Below, one piece after another: positions 1 to 12,491 of a stretch of DNA of 64,000 nucleotides. The stretch is from assembly GCF_964355755.1 (NCBI RefSeq), contig NC_092670.1, forward strand, positions 21,624,795 to 21,688,794. The letters run 5' to 3'. Source of the stretch: Antedon mediterranea (Eukaryota; Animalia; Echinodermata). The notes beneath the pieces were generated by a model that was not told where the DNA came from, did not search any database, and saw only the letters and a list, made by a program, of their open reading frames with translations. A program made the position numbers and the translations under genes. Position 1 is the stretch's first letter, and every line of letters begins with the position of its first letter.

Positions 1-887
1 AAGATTTTACGAACCTTATGAACTTAGCTATACCATTAACCCAGACGAATGGCATTAAATGAGACATTGTGATTGGTCAGCTACAAGGCCGTTATGTTAA
101 TTCGGAACATTTATTATTGAACATTAGCAGGCATTAATGTTAGCATTGGTTAGCATTTTTATCACTATAGTAGTATTTAATTATTAATCCAAGTTTTAGT
201 CACTAGTATAATATCATTTCATACACAAACAATCCATAGTGTTCATACTGTATTTGCATACTCTTTTTGATGTTTTAATAACAATAATTACTGCATATTT
301 TTTAATTTGAACAACCATATTTTATATCCAATATAAAAAAACAATGTCTCTCTTGTATACTCACCTCAGAGACACACAACTAAAATACAAAAACGAATTT
401 CTATACAATGTGTATGAAAGGAGATGTAATAAAAATAAATAAAATAGTAACTACAAATTCATTTATTGTTAAATTGATCATTATGGTGGTTCCAGGTATC
501 ACCAGGCAGTAAGAGGTACGCAGTACGGAAAAACAAATTTTGCCGAAATGGCAAGTAAAACGGAGGTTCTAAAAGTAGAGCAAGAAGAATCGCAAAAAAA
601 AGTAAACCAAACAAGGGACCAACTATCGATGGAGATGATGACGTTAATAACGAAAGAAGGAGAACTGGCAAGGACGCTAATAGATGTAAGTTTACAATTG
701 AATTTACTGTAGAATAAGCCAAGGGTAAATTAACATTTTGTTTATTATTTTTCAAAGGTTGGTGCACTGATTAAATGGTTTGCAGCAAGTATAATATTGG
801 GTATGCTGAAACATTATCAAGATCCAAAGCTCCCTATACATACAAACAAATACTTGCAGTTACTGCAGTAATCATTTTTCATTTCAG

Positions 888-3800
888 TACGTAGAATCAC
901 AAGCGCAGTACCACAGAAACGCGCTGGCAAAACTCGAGAGGATGATTCCAGCAATGAAGCAGATTCTGGAACGTGACGTACTGCAGCCAATATTTGGCTG
1001 CGCTCTAGAGGATCATTTGAAAGTTACAGAACGCGAGATCGCCTTGGTTATTGAGGCATGTGTTATTACGCTTGTGACCTTTGGCCTTGAGGAAGAAGGA
1101 CTGTTCCGGTTGGCAGGTAGTCAATCAAAAATTAAGAAATTAAAAGTAAGTTTCTACCTTTTATGTTGAAAAAAAATACCAAAAAAAGAAATTAAATCAC
1201 TAATTTTGGTGATTGTAGTAGTGATGAGTATAATTCTATGTTTAATGTTCAACCTTCTGATTTAGACTCAATTGAGACATCATGGCCAGGATTAAATGCA
1301 TTGGATGGCATTGTGGCAATGATATTTAAAAAGTCACATGATGGTAATGTGTTCAAGCCCTACTTTCACTATGGTAGTGGTGTGATGCTTCAATTCCCTA
1401 AAGCTCTGCTCTGTCTACACTATCAAACTAGTTTGACAAAAAAAAGTAAGATGTGCCTAAATATGGTATTGATATGACATGACCATGTCGAAATATGGGC
1501 ATATCACATTTTTTTTTGTCACATAAAATTTGATAGTGTAGACAGGGCTTTAGATATATTAAATACCATACAAAAATGTTAACTGTTCTAGCATCTTACG
1601 GTAGTATAGATGTCCCAGGGAACTGTTTGAGAAGAACATTGGGGATAGAGAATAATTTATGTATGTTGTTGTGGAAGTTGTACAATCTTCTTACTGTCTT
1701 GTTTTTTGGGTTGTTTTTTTCAGGCAATGTTCGATTCTTGGGTAGAGATCGACATGGGAGAATATGAGAAAGACTTGCATACAGTTGCTGGTAAATAAGT
1801 TACATTTTTAATTTAGGAAAGAAAGTTTAAATCAATGAATAAATATCATACTAGAATAAAATATCCTGAAGTAACCAAGTTTTATTTGCTCTACCAATGA
1901 TATCAATCACTGTAACCAGATGATCTAGTATCTCTAGTCACATAAGTTTTAATAGTATCTAAAAATGTAATCCCTCCAATTTTGTTTTTGTAATTAGGAG
2001 TTTTGAAAATGTATCTTCGTGAGCTTCCAGAGCCTCTTTTGACTACCGAACTTTATGATGAATTCCTGCAGGCAGGAAGGTAAGACTGTCATAACTAATG
2101 ATAATGACAAAAATGATGATATATGTTCAGTATTCCAAAATATATAAGACTATTTTCTTTATTTAATTTGTAGTATACAAGACTCAGACACAAGACTTCA
2201 AACATTATGGACTATTGCAAATAAATTACCAACTTACAATGATAAAAACTTTAGGTTAGTATGGAATTTCACTATTATTTATTTAACCCTATTTATAAAG
2301 GGTGACCCTAAACAGCGTATGCTGACAATCAAGGGCGCCTCATGATAATTTATGAAAAGTGTCTGTGTGTGACAGTGGTAGTGTGTATACTAGTACACCG
2401 GGGTAACCCCCTACTCGTCTCGATGTACTATGTTCTTTAAAGTGCACATGAGCCAGATGTGTACACTGGACCTACGGTTTATAATCCTTGTCCGAAAAGA
2501 CTCGTTTTACCACCAGAACCATGAAGCGAGTGAGGCTCGAAATCCTTGGCCTTTTGTGCTCAGTTCCTGTTTTTGGCCAAACTATTGTATCTGTATCAAT
2601 TTTGAGTTTATGTGTGTAAGTTAATCAGAAAGTTTTATGGTGGTTTGGTCATGTGGAGATATCTTAAAGTGGGGTACTGTAATATTCAGAAGAATTAATG
2701 TACTGAAATTTAAGAACTTTGCATCAGCTAAAAAAGGAATCTTGGTTTTAAGTTTACTCTTCAGATAAGCATAAATCATCAAGTTATTAAATCTAATCTC
2801 ATTTTTTTTAGGTATTTGATGAAATTCTTAAACAAGGTATCCCAGCACAGTGAGGTAAACAAAATGAACACGTCCAACTTAGCACTCGTTATTGCGCCAA
2901 ACATTTTATGGACTGAAAAAGAAAGAGGGTAAGTGTAGTGTTTTATCATAAACGCTTCCTTAAAAACTCAATTATATTACCAATTTAGGAAACGTAATCC
3001 TGTCCTGATAAATATAAAAACATAGAGGTTTGTCTAAACATGAGATATAAAATGAATTTTTATAGCCCTATGGTCTGAAGAAACCAATACTTTGAAAGGC
3101 AATATTTATTGTTGAACTAGTTTAGACTTCATGTAGCCGGGCCGGGCCTAGCCTAGCCGGGCCTAGCCTAGCCAGCCCTAGCTTACCCTATTCTCTTCTA
3201 GATTATTATATCTATTCACTATAGTGAATGGATAAAATATAATTTTGTTTATGAAGTTATTGTGCTGATTTATTTTGTATGCAAATTTATTTTTCTTTAT
3301 CTTTTCAGAGTTTCAGTGACATCGACAGCAATGGCATCACTAATTATTGAATCTTTTATCGCATATGCTGATTGGTTCTTCCCAGAAGGTAACCGTTAAC
3401 CAAAAATCCATTTGATAAATTAACATGAATAGGATTTTAAAGAATGTTATGTTAAATATAAACAACTCAATATTTATTGTGATATTTTTTAATCCGTACA
3501 GTTATTGAATTTGAGTTATCGGATGCCGCAACTAAACGCAATTCCTTAGAACGCAATTCAGCCATGCTGGACCAAACAGATTCAAGACACTCTCCGTCAC
3601 CAGAAAGTAAAGATTCTCCGCTGCAAACACATGTGGCAAAGGAGCACCAAACAAAGGAACACGTCCACAGCCAAACTCCTACAATTTTAGCCCCTCACGT
3701 TAACAATAGCACAACCACACCAGTAGAAAGGTAAGTGGATGTTTATTGTGCAAAATATTTATTGTTTTTTTAATATTTGAAATTATGCTTGCTTTTTTCT

Positions 3801-6800
3801 GGGTTACAAGCTATTTTTTTTCTTGTGTTTTAAAAATGAATTAATATGAAATGTTTTTGTTGGTTATCCGCACTTGGCGGATAACCTCTTGTTATTGTCA
3901 GGATCTTTTTTTTTTTTTTCTATGTTATTCTTCTTTCTTTCCCAAAATTTTGTGTCACGTGTATCTCAAATTCTGATCAACATTACATCGTATAACTTTG
4001 TCAGAAGATTTACCTCTATCTGTAGAAGTGCAGGACAGCTCGTTTTTTTACTTTAGAGTCGCGCAGCGTAAGCTACGCGCGATTTTATGAATTTCGCGTA
4101 TTTAACATATACTAAAAAGCAAAAGTCATTTTGTAATGACACTTGGTGAACATTTAAGTCATATCAAGGGCAAACTTTCTATGGATTAAAAATGGCATGT
4201 TTGACATAAAGTTACGCGCGCACGCGCGTTTAAAATTTCAAATTGCGAAAAATCCATTTCTAATCAACTTTCTACGCGTTTCAGGTCATTTTGAGCATTT
4301 CAAAAATTCCCACGCGTGCGCATTTTTTTTACGCGCGCGTGCGCACGTAACGCAAAAACATCTTTTTTTTGCTTGATTTTTGTTTTTTCAGCCTTTTCTA
4401 GTAAATTTACCAATTTTCAATCAATTTTGACTTAAAATCACGTCATACGAGCACGTAGAATTAAACAATTTGCGCGCATTTTTTAAGAAAAAGTTCCAAA
4501 ATTCGTCAAAATTATGCCTTTTTTAAAACAGTCATAGATTGTAAACTACGAGGAGAACTTTTTTTAAATTACACATTCTGGAAGATAATGAGTTGTAGAT
4601 ATCGAATCATGCATCGATATGGCTAACCGGACATTGTGACGTCATCGTTTGGCCACTCGAATATGAAATATAGGATTTTTGTCTCTTTCGTCATAGCTCG
4701 TCACATTTAATAGAGCGCATCTCCACTTATCCGTATTCCATTTCCCTCAATTTTTTTATTTTGTCTAGGTCAATCAATTATCTTTCGCATGATTTACCAT
4801 TTTTTAAATTGTGATGACGTCATCATGTCCAAAAGCGTCAATAACTTGGGCCACTTATTTTCACATATTCTTCACTGTATGTAGTACGTATACAATATAT
4901 AGTGTATACTGTGTATACTTAGACGTGACGTAAAATAGAGAGCGCACTAACATTTTTTCAATGGCATAATGTTTTTCTCTGCGCAATATTCTAACGTATG
5001 ACGTGCACGTGGCTTTTGCTCTGCGGATAACCTAACTCGTCCGTAGTGACGAGTTCAAATCTAGTTTTTATTTGAAATTTATGCGATTGCAAATTAGAAA
5101 ATAGATGCTGTTTATTTTAATTATTTTTTATTAATTTAACAATTTTTAAATTGTTACCTAATTGTTTGGTTTTAAATAGTGAAAAGAGGAATAGTGCCCC
5201 AAGTGATAAACAACAAAGTTAAGTATTTAGGATGTGAGCATTTTCCAAGTACCATAATTGATCAAACAAGTGCTACTGTTTGAAATAAGCATGGTTTTGT
5301 TTTATTTGTAAGATGCACTTCCTGGTTAAGTTGATTTTAAAAATTTTAAAAATCAGTCAAATATTGAAATTATTTTACACTTTTGATATAAATTTTAATG
5401 TAACTTAGTAAATATAACATAAATGGAGTTTCCCGGAGGTTGAGAGTAATATAAATGATAACCATTCTCAACATACAAATATGTGCTATCGCTGTAACCT
5501 AAAAAGCATTTGGTGGTAAGCGTTTGATCATTTGTGGTACTTAAAACATGTGTTCATGCGTTATCACTAAGAATGTTAACTGATATTGATGTGATTTGTA
5601 TACATCTGGTTTCATCGTGAAGATTGTCATCTGTCATGTTGCAGACATTGATTCATGACATTTTTAGTAATGTCTTTACTGCAGTTTGTCACTTATTTTC
5701 AATCCATTTCTTTCTCAAATCATCCAATTATAACAATATGTAATAAAAATGGAAATACCAGTACTAGTGTATAAACCAAACTAAAGATTACATAATATAC
5801 AAATAATGAATGTTTATGAGTACAAATAATGGCACGAGGTGAATGATGAAAGGTTATATCAACGAGGCAAAGCCGAGTTGATATAACCTTTCATCATTCA
5901 CCAAGTGCCATTATTTGTACCATTACACGAATACAAAACATTCATTATTTGTTTTATATAACATCTAGACGTTTTTTTTTTGTACACAAAAATGTTTCAA
6001 AAAGTACTATTTAACGATCGTTGAATAGTGCGTACTATTGCACGCCATGTGACCCACATTCGTCCAATCAAATGACAGGAATTTATATAGGTGTTATATA
6101 ATTTACAATAGCAAAGAACAATACATTTATGACCAGTGTACATCATGTACACATCCTATAACGTGGAGTAGTTTTTAACTGGGGTACCAGGTTTAGGCAT
6201 TTTGTAGCTCACACTCATTTGAAGTGAGTGAGCCCTCTACAATCTACCCTCTACAATGCAAGTTTTACTCGTTTATGAGAACATGGGTATTCACTTTCAG
6301 TTACAATATTTCATTCATATTCATATTGTTCATCTTCAAAACCTCAGATATTGTGTCTTTGAAACTTGCTTGTTGTGTATTGCATTATAAAGGTCAAAGG
6401 TCAATCTGTTATAGTATTTTATGCAAATAAGTCGTGTTGGTATTCTATGAGTGCCTAGTTTATTGCACAATATTCAAATATTGATAACTTCATGCTTCTA
6501 TTTTCGACTGTCCCACATGATTAGCTCGGTAACAACAAAGCAAATTTTGTATATTTTATGGACATAATAGACTGAATCATCCTTTCTATTTTGTCATCAT
6601 TTGCTTTTAGTTTTTTAATGTTTTACATGACTTGCTGCATGCCATCTGAGTTTGTGTCTTTCATTTCATCAGTGATGTCATCAATTTCATAAGTGATGTC
6701 ATTAATTTCATCAGTGATGTCATCAATTTCATAAGTGATGTCATCAATTTCATCAGTGATGTCATCAATTTCATAAGTGATGTCATCAATTTCATAAGTG

Positions 6801-9800
6801 ATGTCATTAATTTCATCAGTGATGTCATCAATTTCATAAGTGATGTCATCAATTTTGCCAGTGATGTCACCAATTTAATCAATGATGTCATTAAACTCAT
6901 TGATTTACTTTATAATATTCCAAAATCAAGCAAAAGGAGAAATATACATTTTTATAAATTTATATAATTCATTAGAAAAAAAGAATAAATATGATAATAT
7001 TCATGAAATAAAAATGATATAAAATTACAGAAAAAAATCATGTCATTAATACATTTGTTTTCTCTTTTTGTTATACAGTACTTTCATTGTCATATTCTAA
7101 TGATATGCTTGATTGATTTTCTAATGATTTCATTTGCATTGTGCTTCATATGGAAATGTTTGTGCATGTCATTAAAATCAACAGAGGCTGGTAACCATCT
7201 TCAAAGATATTAAAATTATTTATGGAACTTGTCAGTAGAGCGATAACAATGATTATGTGATTATGCTTACTGATGCGTAAAGCCGCTATGTAATCCTGTT
7301 TGAATGTTATATCACATTCTGATACATCATGTTGGTGTTTGTGAGATGACATGTACAGTTCATCTAAGGACATAACAATTTAAATATAAGATTAAATAGG
7401 ATTTAATAAGATACGGTATGAACCATTGCTTCAAAAAAAAAAATTCATTTGTCAAATTTTATCAAAATTTGAATTCAATTTTTGCATCCATAAATGTCTG
7501 TAGTTTTTCCTCATTCTGCATAATATTAATAACAAACGTCCATTTTACAACTTCTGCGAAAACTTTAATGTCTTAGTTTTCTTGAAGTGTACGTATTGTT
7601 GCTGATAAATGTTGATTGTAAACATAGAATTTATTGCTCCCTCTGAGCTTTTTATTCTAAAACTGGATACATTTATTATTAATGTTTAGCTTTGTGAAGG
7701 ATTTGTGTAATTTAAAAAAATATATCCAGATTTAGAAAGTAGAATTCCAGCAAAATAATATTCTAAATATATTCTATGCTATGAAAGGTTTTAGAATATG
7801 ACTTGATGAACTCCTGAATTTTAAACTTGTCTAACTTTCTGGAAGTTGCATTAGATGAAAACTGGTTACCTGATTTTATATAGAGAAGCCATTACATGTC
7901 AAATTATTTGCAGTAATGTAATTGCAATTCATAGTGTACATCAAACACTACATATACTGCAGTAACTACAGTAATCAACAATCTGTAATATTAATCTCAA
8001 TTTTGTATGCATGCTACTAATTTCCTTCAGATTTCTACAAGTTTTGTATTTTTTTTATCCCATCCAATTGTTATGTAATGATTTGTTATTATGATTATTT
8101 ATGTACTCATGTAATTTTTTTTTTTTCGTTATGCAGTCCTAGACAAAAGCGGCGTGCCCCGCTGGCACCCGGTAGAGGCCCTAAACCTCATTCCTCGGCG
8201 GAGCGAGACGTCGCAGCTAAACCCGCCCTTGCCTCCAAACCTAATAAACATTCACTGTAGTAAATCTTTCGTCCTACTTACACAGCAGGTACCCTTACTT
8301 TCTTTCTTTCCTTATTAATCTCTGTCTACTATCAAACTTTATGTGACAAAAAAATGTGATCTGCCCATATATGGACATGATGATATCATATCACTACCAT
8401 ATTTGGGCACATTACTACCCTATCTGGGCACATCACACTTTTTTCTCAAACTAGTTTGATAGCGTAGACAGAGCTTTAGGGTATTTTTGATTGCATAACG
8501 CATCAGCAAATGGTATGAAACAGTAGAGGAGTTGACTAACATCTGTGCATGCTTACAAACCAATTGATGTTATGATACCTTTCCATTCCACCCCAATTTC
8601 AGAAAGCTATCAAAAATAATTTCTAAGTGTCACAGGGCCGTAGCCAGCATGAGGCAGCTCACCTCGTCTGACATTTTCAATTTTCACCACCCATGACCCA
8701 CCCCAATTCCCCAGCACAGATCGTCATATTTTATATTAATAATTACATTAAAAGTATCTTTGTCTCGTCTATTTTTAAACTTTCACTACGGCCTTGATGC
8801 TGATATTCTATATAATCTACTGTTTCCTCATCTTTTGTGCTGTGTTATGCAATCAAAATGGCTCTGTTATATTATCATTTTATTAAAGATATATTGTTCT
8901 ATAAGAAATGACAATTGTATTAAAATTATAATAGCAGTTTATTTATGGTTATCAATGATAAAATAGTAATCTTAAAGGATAACTACTGTACTGTATGTGT
9001 ACAGATAGCTATACTATTAGCCAAATTTGAAACATAATAGTATTTTGTCTTCATTTCTTTAGGAACAAGTTATCTTTGTCACCAATCTGGGTGGATTTAT
9101 AATTAATATCATGATATGAATGCAAACAATTATGTTGTTTTGTAAAGTGTTTATATATTCATTTCATTTAGTTGTTGTATTTCTACAGTGGCGGGTCCAG
9201 TGACAACATTTTGGCATGTTTTTTTTAAAAACCAAATTTAATGAGGGTGATCCATCCAGCAATTGCTGATCATTAGGGAACCTCAGAGGTTCACAAGACA
9301 AACATATACACAAGATGCTCTACATAAACAAAGTCTTATTACCAGTCTTTGGGAGTGGAGTTGTAATTTTGTCCCTTGAAAAAATCCTGACATGTAGGAG
9401 ACTTGAATCCAAGACTCTTGGTGTTATAGCCAAGCATCATAACCACAGCCACAACTCCACTCCGTATCACTGTGTCACCCACTTTTGAAAACAAATTTCA
9501 GAAATATATAATTTAAAATCATTAAAAATTGATGTCCAGAATCTTTTTAAAATCCTAGATTCGCCACTGTCTTGTATTCTACCATTTGTTTCTTTTTGAT
9601 AATGAAATATTATACTACATACTGTCATGTATTGTAAAGTGTTAGTCTTGCAACATTTCTAAATGTTTAATGTTTTCATCTCATTAATATTTATTATATT
9701 TCAGACAGAATGTTTTGCATATTCATAATATAGTATTTAGGTATGTGGATTATTAAGTGACATTTGTTTCAAAGCATAGGGTGACTTATATTAATTATTA

Positions 9801-12491
9801 CTCGCTTCTGTAGTTGTACTTATATTTCCTTGAATATCATACTAAAACACTTCCTCTAATTAAAGACCTATCAACTAGTTCACTTATGTATATCCTTAAA
9901 TCTCCTACTATGAAAACTTCTCTAATGAAAGACCTATAAATCGAAAATTTAAATACATGTGTCTGAATAATCAAATTGGTCTTTAATTGGAGGCACTCAA
10001 TCTGCTATACTGAATTCTTAAATGCTTCCTTGCGCTGACAAATGTTCCGAGTCACTTTAGTCACAATGTCAATATTGTCTCCTCAGTAGTAAGTTATGAT
10101 ATACTTATAATAATATTCTATTGTTGTGTAATGAATGTGAAGGGTAGTATTAATACTGTAATGTATAATTAACATGTATTGCTATATGCCGGTGGCCAGC
10201 AATTAATCATTGTACTACTAATATACAGGTTTGCTTTATAAGCACTTTATTTTAAGATTGACTCCTAAGTCCTTTTATTATACACTTGCCCAACAATGTA
10301 TTCCATAATATGGATGTAACAGACCTAAATAAACCCACACATACATCATATTAATTTAGAGAGAGACAATTGAACTTGTGCTTTATAAGCACTTTGGTTT
10401 AAGATTGAATCCTAAGCCCTTCTATTATACACTTGCTCAACAATATTCCATAATATGGATGTAACAGACCTTATTAACCCACACATACATCATATTAATA
10501 ATTTAGAAATAAGACAAGTGAACTTGTGCCTTATAAGAACTTTGTTTTGACTCCTTTCATTATCAACTTGGCCTATAATTTATTCCATCTTACATGGGGG
10601 TAACAATAACCCTAATTAATAAAGCCAAACATACATCATATTAGTTATATTATTGAGACAATTGAACTTTGTTTGAATCCTTCCATTGTCAACTTGGCCT
10701 ATAATATCATGCATCTTACATGGCAGTAACAATAACCCTAATTAATAAAGCCAAACATACATCATATATTAAGAATTTAGAGAATTAAACCTAATTAATA
10801 CTTGTGCAAAAACATGTGTTTTCGAGACATAAAACAATGGTTAAAGCTGTCTATGAGTAAGTATTAGGCATGTGCACTTTGGATGGTACATTTTATCTGC
10901 ATCTTGGCATGACAACAAGAAAATATCATTGGGATATTTTCAAACTTCTTTTTCTTTAATGTGTGTCTAAAGAAAAAAATGTGTTAATGGACTACTTTGC
11001 TATATGCTTTGCTTGCTTGTTTTACTAAACCTTTGCTTGATTATATTTGCAATTATGTTATTGTTTTTCATTTTTCATAATATAACTGTTAATCTTAATT
11101 TAAAAATTAATTGACATGATTTAACTAACTTTTATATAGTTTTACTACATTTAAATAGCTTCTCTTTTCCACTTTTTTTTTTTAATGAAACATAGGGTTT
11201 TCACGCTTTGTTTGAATTAAGCAATCTATTTTGCAGTATTACAGTTTTTACTAGAGTGTGTCTGCTAATAAGTTACAATGTATTATAATAGAAAACAAAC
11301 TCTGAACAAAAAGTGAGGCAACCCATTGTAAAATTCAAACTTAATTTCTTTATCCTCAAGAATAGCATCAAAGTTGAGGTTTTTCACAATTTCAGATCTT
11401 CCACATATTTAATAATAATAACTCCTGGATATTTCTTGGTAGTTTTTCATTACGCTTGCTGAATATTATGGTTCAAAGACATTATCTGTTAGGGTTTATT
11501 TATGCTTCTTTTTTTTTTACATATTTATTTAACCAATTTATTCATTGAACTCGATTCGTTTGTGTTTCTTTTTATTACCAATATTACAAAGTCATTAGTA
11601 TATTTTCAAAGGTAAATTATGTTTTCTGGTTGTATAAGAATTCATATATTGATGTATTATTATGATACTCTGTCATTACCATATGAATATATGATTATTG
11701 GTAATATGATATGAGCATGGACAATTCAAACCAAAGTGGAATATATGTGATCTATTATGTAATCTCTTAAATACGAATCCAATCACTTCTTTTTTTCATT
11801 TCCAAGCTGGGTCTTTAGTCTTTATAGCTAGTCAAGGCTTTAAGCTTTGTTTCTCTTTGGAACGAAACGCAATGACGTAGGTGCAACACAAACACAAAAG
11901 TGAGTTGACCAATTAGATGTGACAGGTCAGATGATACATCGCGTTGTGATTGGTCAAAATACTTACAGTGAGCTTGCGTCCTTGCGTTGTGTCCAAGTAA
12001 GAACCATGCTTTAGCACAAATAGGCTTTACCTTTACATTAAAAGTAGAAAAACAAGATATTTTCCTCCTAAATTGTATTGTTTAAAGATGTTTAATATTT
12101 CAACAGGAGCAGACCTGTACCTGCAAAAAGACCAAGCAAACGAAAAGCACCAAAGGCACCAGCAGTGGGTGCTTCTCTGTCCTCGCCGACATCAACACTG
12201 ACACGGCAAGGTGACAGCGCAACATCGCTCAATACCAGCAACCATTCGTCAAGTGAGTCCGCAGAACTGCTTCTTGAAGATGAAGTTGAAAGTAAGATGC
12301 ATCAAGTTCCACCAACGAATCTGGCCACGTCGCAACCTGTCGCACAACCAGAGATGGAGACATGTATGTCACCAACTTCACCTCTAGGGAAAACAAGAAC
12401 ACAGTCTATCAAGAAACCATTAGCATCTCCTCCACCTCCTCCTAAACCATTAGAAACAAGAAATTCAGATCATTTTGAAACAAAATTTTAA
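888..12491 (+). CDS. ARHGAP44: BAR-domain Rho GTPase-activating protein (ARHGAP17/ARHGAP44/SH3BP1, RICH/Nadrin family), 3' portion; spliced CDS whose 5' exons lie upstream of the window
   Basis: GT-AG exons with consistent phases: 888-1145, 1724-1790, 1998-2079, 2174-2254, 2812-2928, 3309-3388, 3502-3730, 12107-12491. Translation gives the end of the BAR domain (YVESQAQYHRNALAKLE) and a RhoGAP domain (PIFGCALEDHL...EEGLFRLAG arginine finger...VAGVLKMYLRELPEPLLT...NKMNTSNLALVIAPNILW...ADWFFPE). It ends in a Pro/Ser-rich tail with the PDZ-type terminus ETKF*. Orthology to ARHGAP17 versus ARHGAP44 cannot be resolved by eye. Confidence 0.9.
1399..1552. mobile_element. MITE family A (PIF/Harbinger/Tourist-like), copy 1
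   Basis: TIRs AAGCTCTGTCTACACTATCAAACT / TTTGATAGTGTAGACAGGGCTT with TAA/TTA ends. Related copies at 8316-8478, 29358-29507, ~54335-54449 and 58543-58702. Confidence 0.75.
2273..2580 (-). mobile_element. DeuSINE/Nin-domain tRNA-derived SINE
   Basis: Minus strand reads a B-box-like GATTTCGAGCC, then GTCTTTTCGGACAAGGATTATAAACCGTAGGTCC...GTGCACTTTAAAGAAC...GAGTAGGGGTTACCCCGGTGT. This resembles my recollection of the Deu-domain core of AmnSINE1/DeuSINEs. It ends in TTTATAAAT plus an AAAT tail. Confidence 0.65.
3860..5064 (+). mobile_element. Intact non-autonomous Helentron/Helitron2-like (HINE/DINE-type) element in a RhoGAP intron
   Basis: 5' palindrome GGTTATCCGC-ACTTG-GCGGATAACC, then a poly-T tract and a body homologous to the 30-37 kb units. 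3' subTIR TGCGGATAACC, hairpin CTCGTC-CGTAGT-GACGAG, terminal CTAG. Inserted in a T-rich site with no TSD. Confidence 0.75.
5794..6101. mobile_element. Foldback non-autonomous element with long hairpin
   Basis: Near-perfect inverted arms 5820-5863 / 5877-5920 around a GGCAAAGCC core, with outer arms AAATAATGAATGTTT / AAACATTCATTATTT. Confidence 0.55.
6661..6900. repeat. 21-bp minisatellite, ~11 copies
   Basis: Unit TCATCAATTTCAT(A/C)AGTGATG; this explains the LMKLMTS heptad ORF. Confidence 0.9.
8137..8260 (+). CDS. Candidate alternative terminal exon of the RhoGAP gene (SPRQKRRAPLAPGRGPKP...NKHSL*)
   Basis: Strong T-tract plus CAG acceptor at 8134-8136. Phase 2 matches the donor after 3730. 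It is a GC-rich island in an AT-rich intron, and its KRRAPLAP motif parallels KRKAPKAP in the distal last exon. Confidence 0.65.
8316..8478. mobile_element. MITE family A, copy 2
   Basis: Same TIRs and internal ATCACTACCATATTTGGGCAC repeats as 1399-1552, in opposite orientation. Confidence 0.7.
9186..9569. mobile_element. hAT-like MITE containing a tRNA-like segment
   Basis: TIRs CAGTGGCGGGTCCAG / CTAGATTCGCCACTG. Internal inverted repeat GGAGTGGAGTTGT / ACAACTCCACTCC flanks a minus-strand A/B-box-like stretch (B-box-like GGATTCAAGTCT). Confidence 0.5.
10233..10790. repeat. Degenerate ~120-147 bp tandem repeat, ~4 copies
   Basis: Recurring ACATACATCATATT...GACAATTGAACTT and TATGGATGTAACAGACC / CATGGGGTAACAATAACCC blocks. 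Confidence 0.75.
11840..12013. mobile_element. MITE family B (Harbinger-like); related copies ~13743-13863 and ~59967-60122
   Basis: TAAGCTTTGTTTC / GAACCATGCTTTA ends, internal ACGCAA/TTGCGT subrepeats and GTGATTGGTC shared by three loci. Confidence 0.55.

Noticed and set aside
459-767. Hydrophobic 102-aa ORF on the minus strand
   Set aside because: Antisense reading of A-rich intronic sequence in the RhoGAP gene; no recognisable domain.
6661-6900. Coiled-coil-like ORF (LMKLMTS)n
   Set aside because: Translation of a 21-bp intronic minisatellite with no splice or start context.
8633-8796. hAT-like MITE (CAGGGCCGTAG / CTACGGCCTTG)
   Set aside because: Short imperfect TIR and no TSD; plausible but not supportable.
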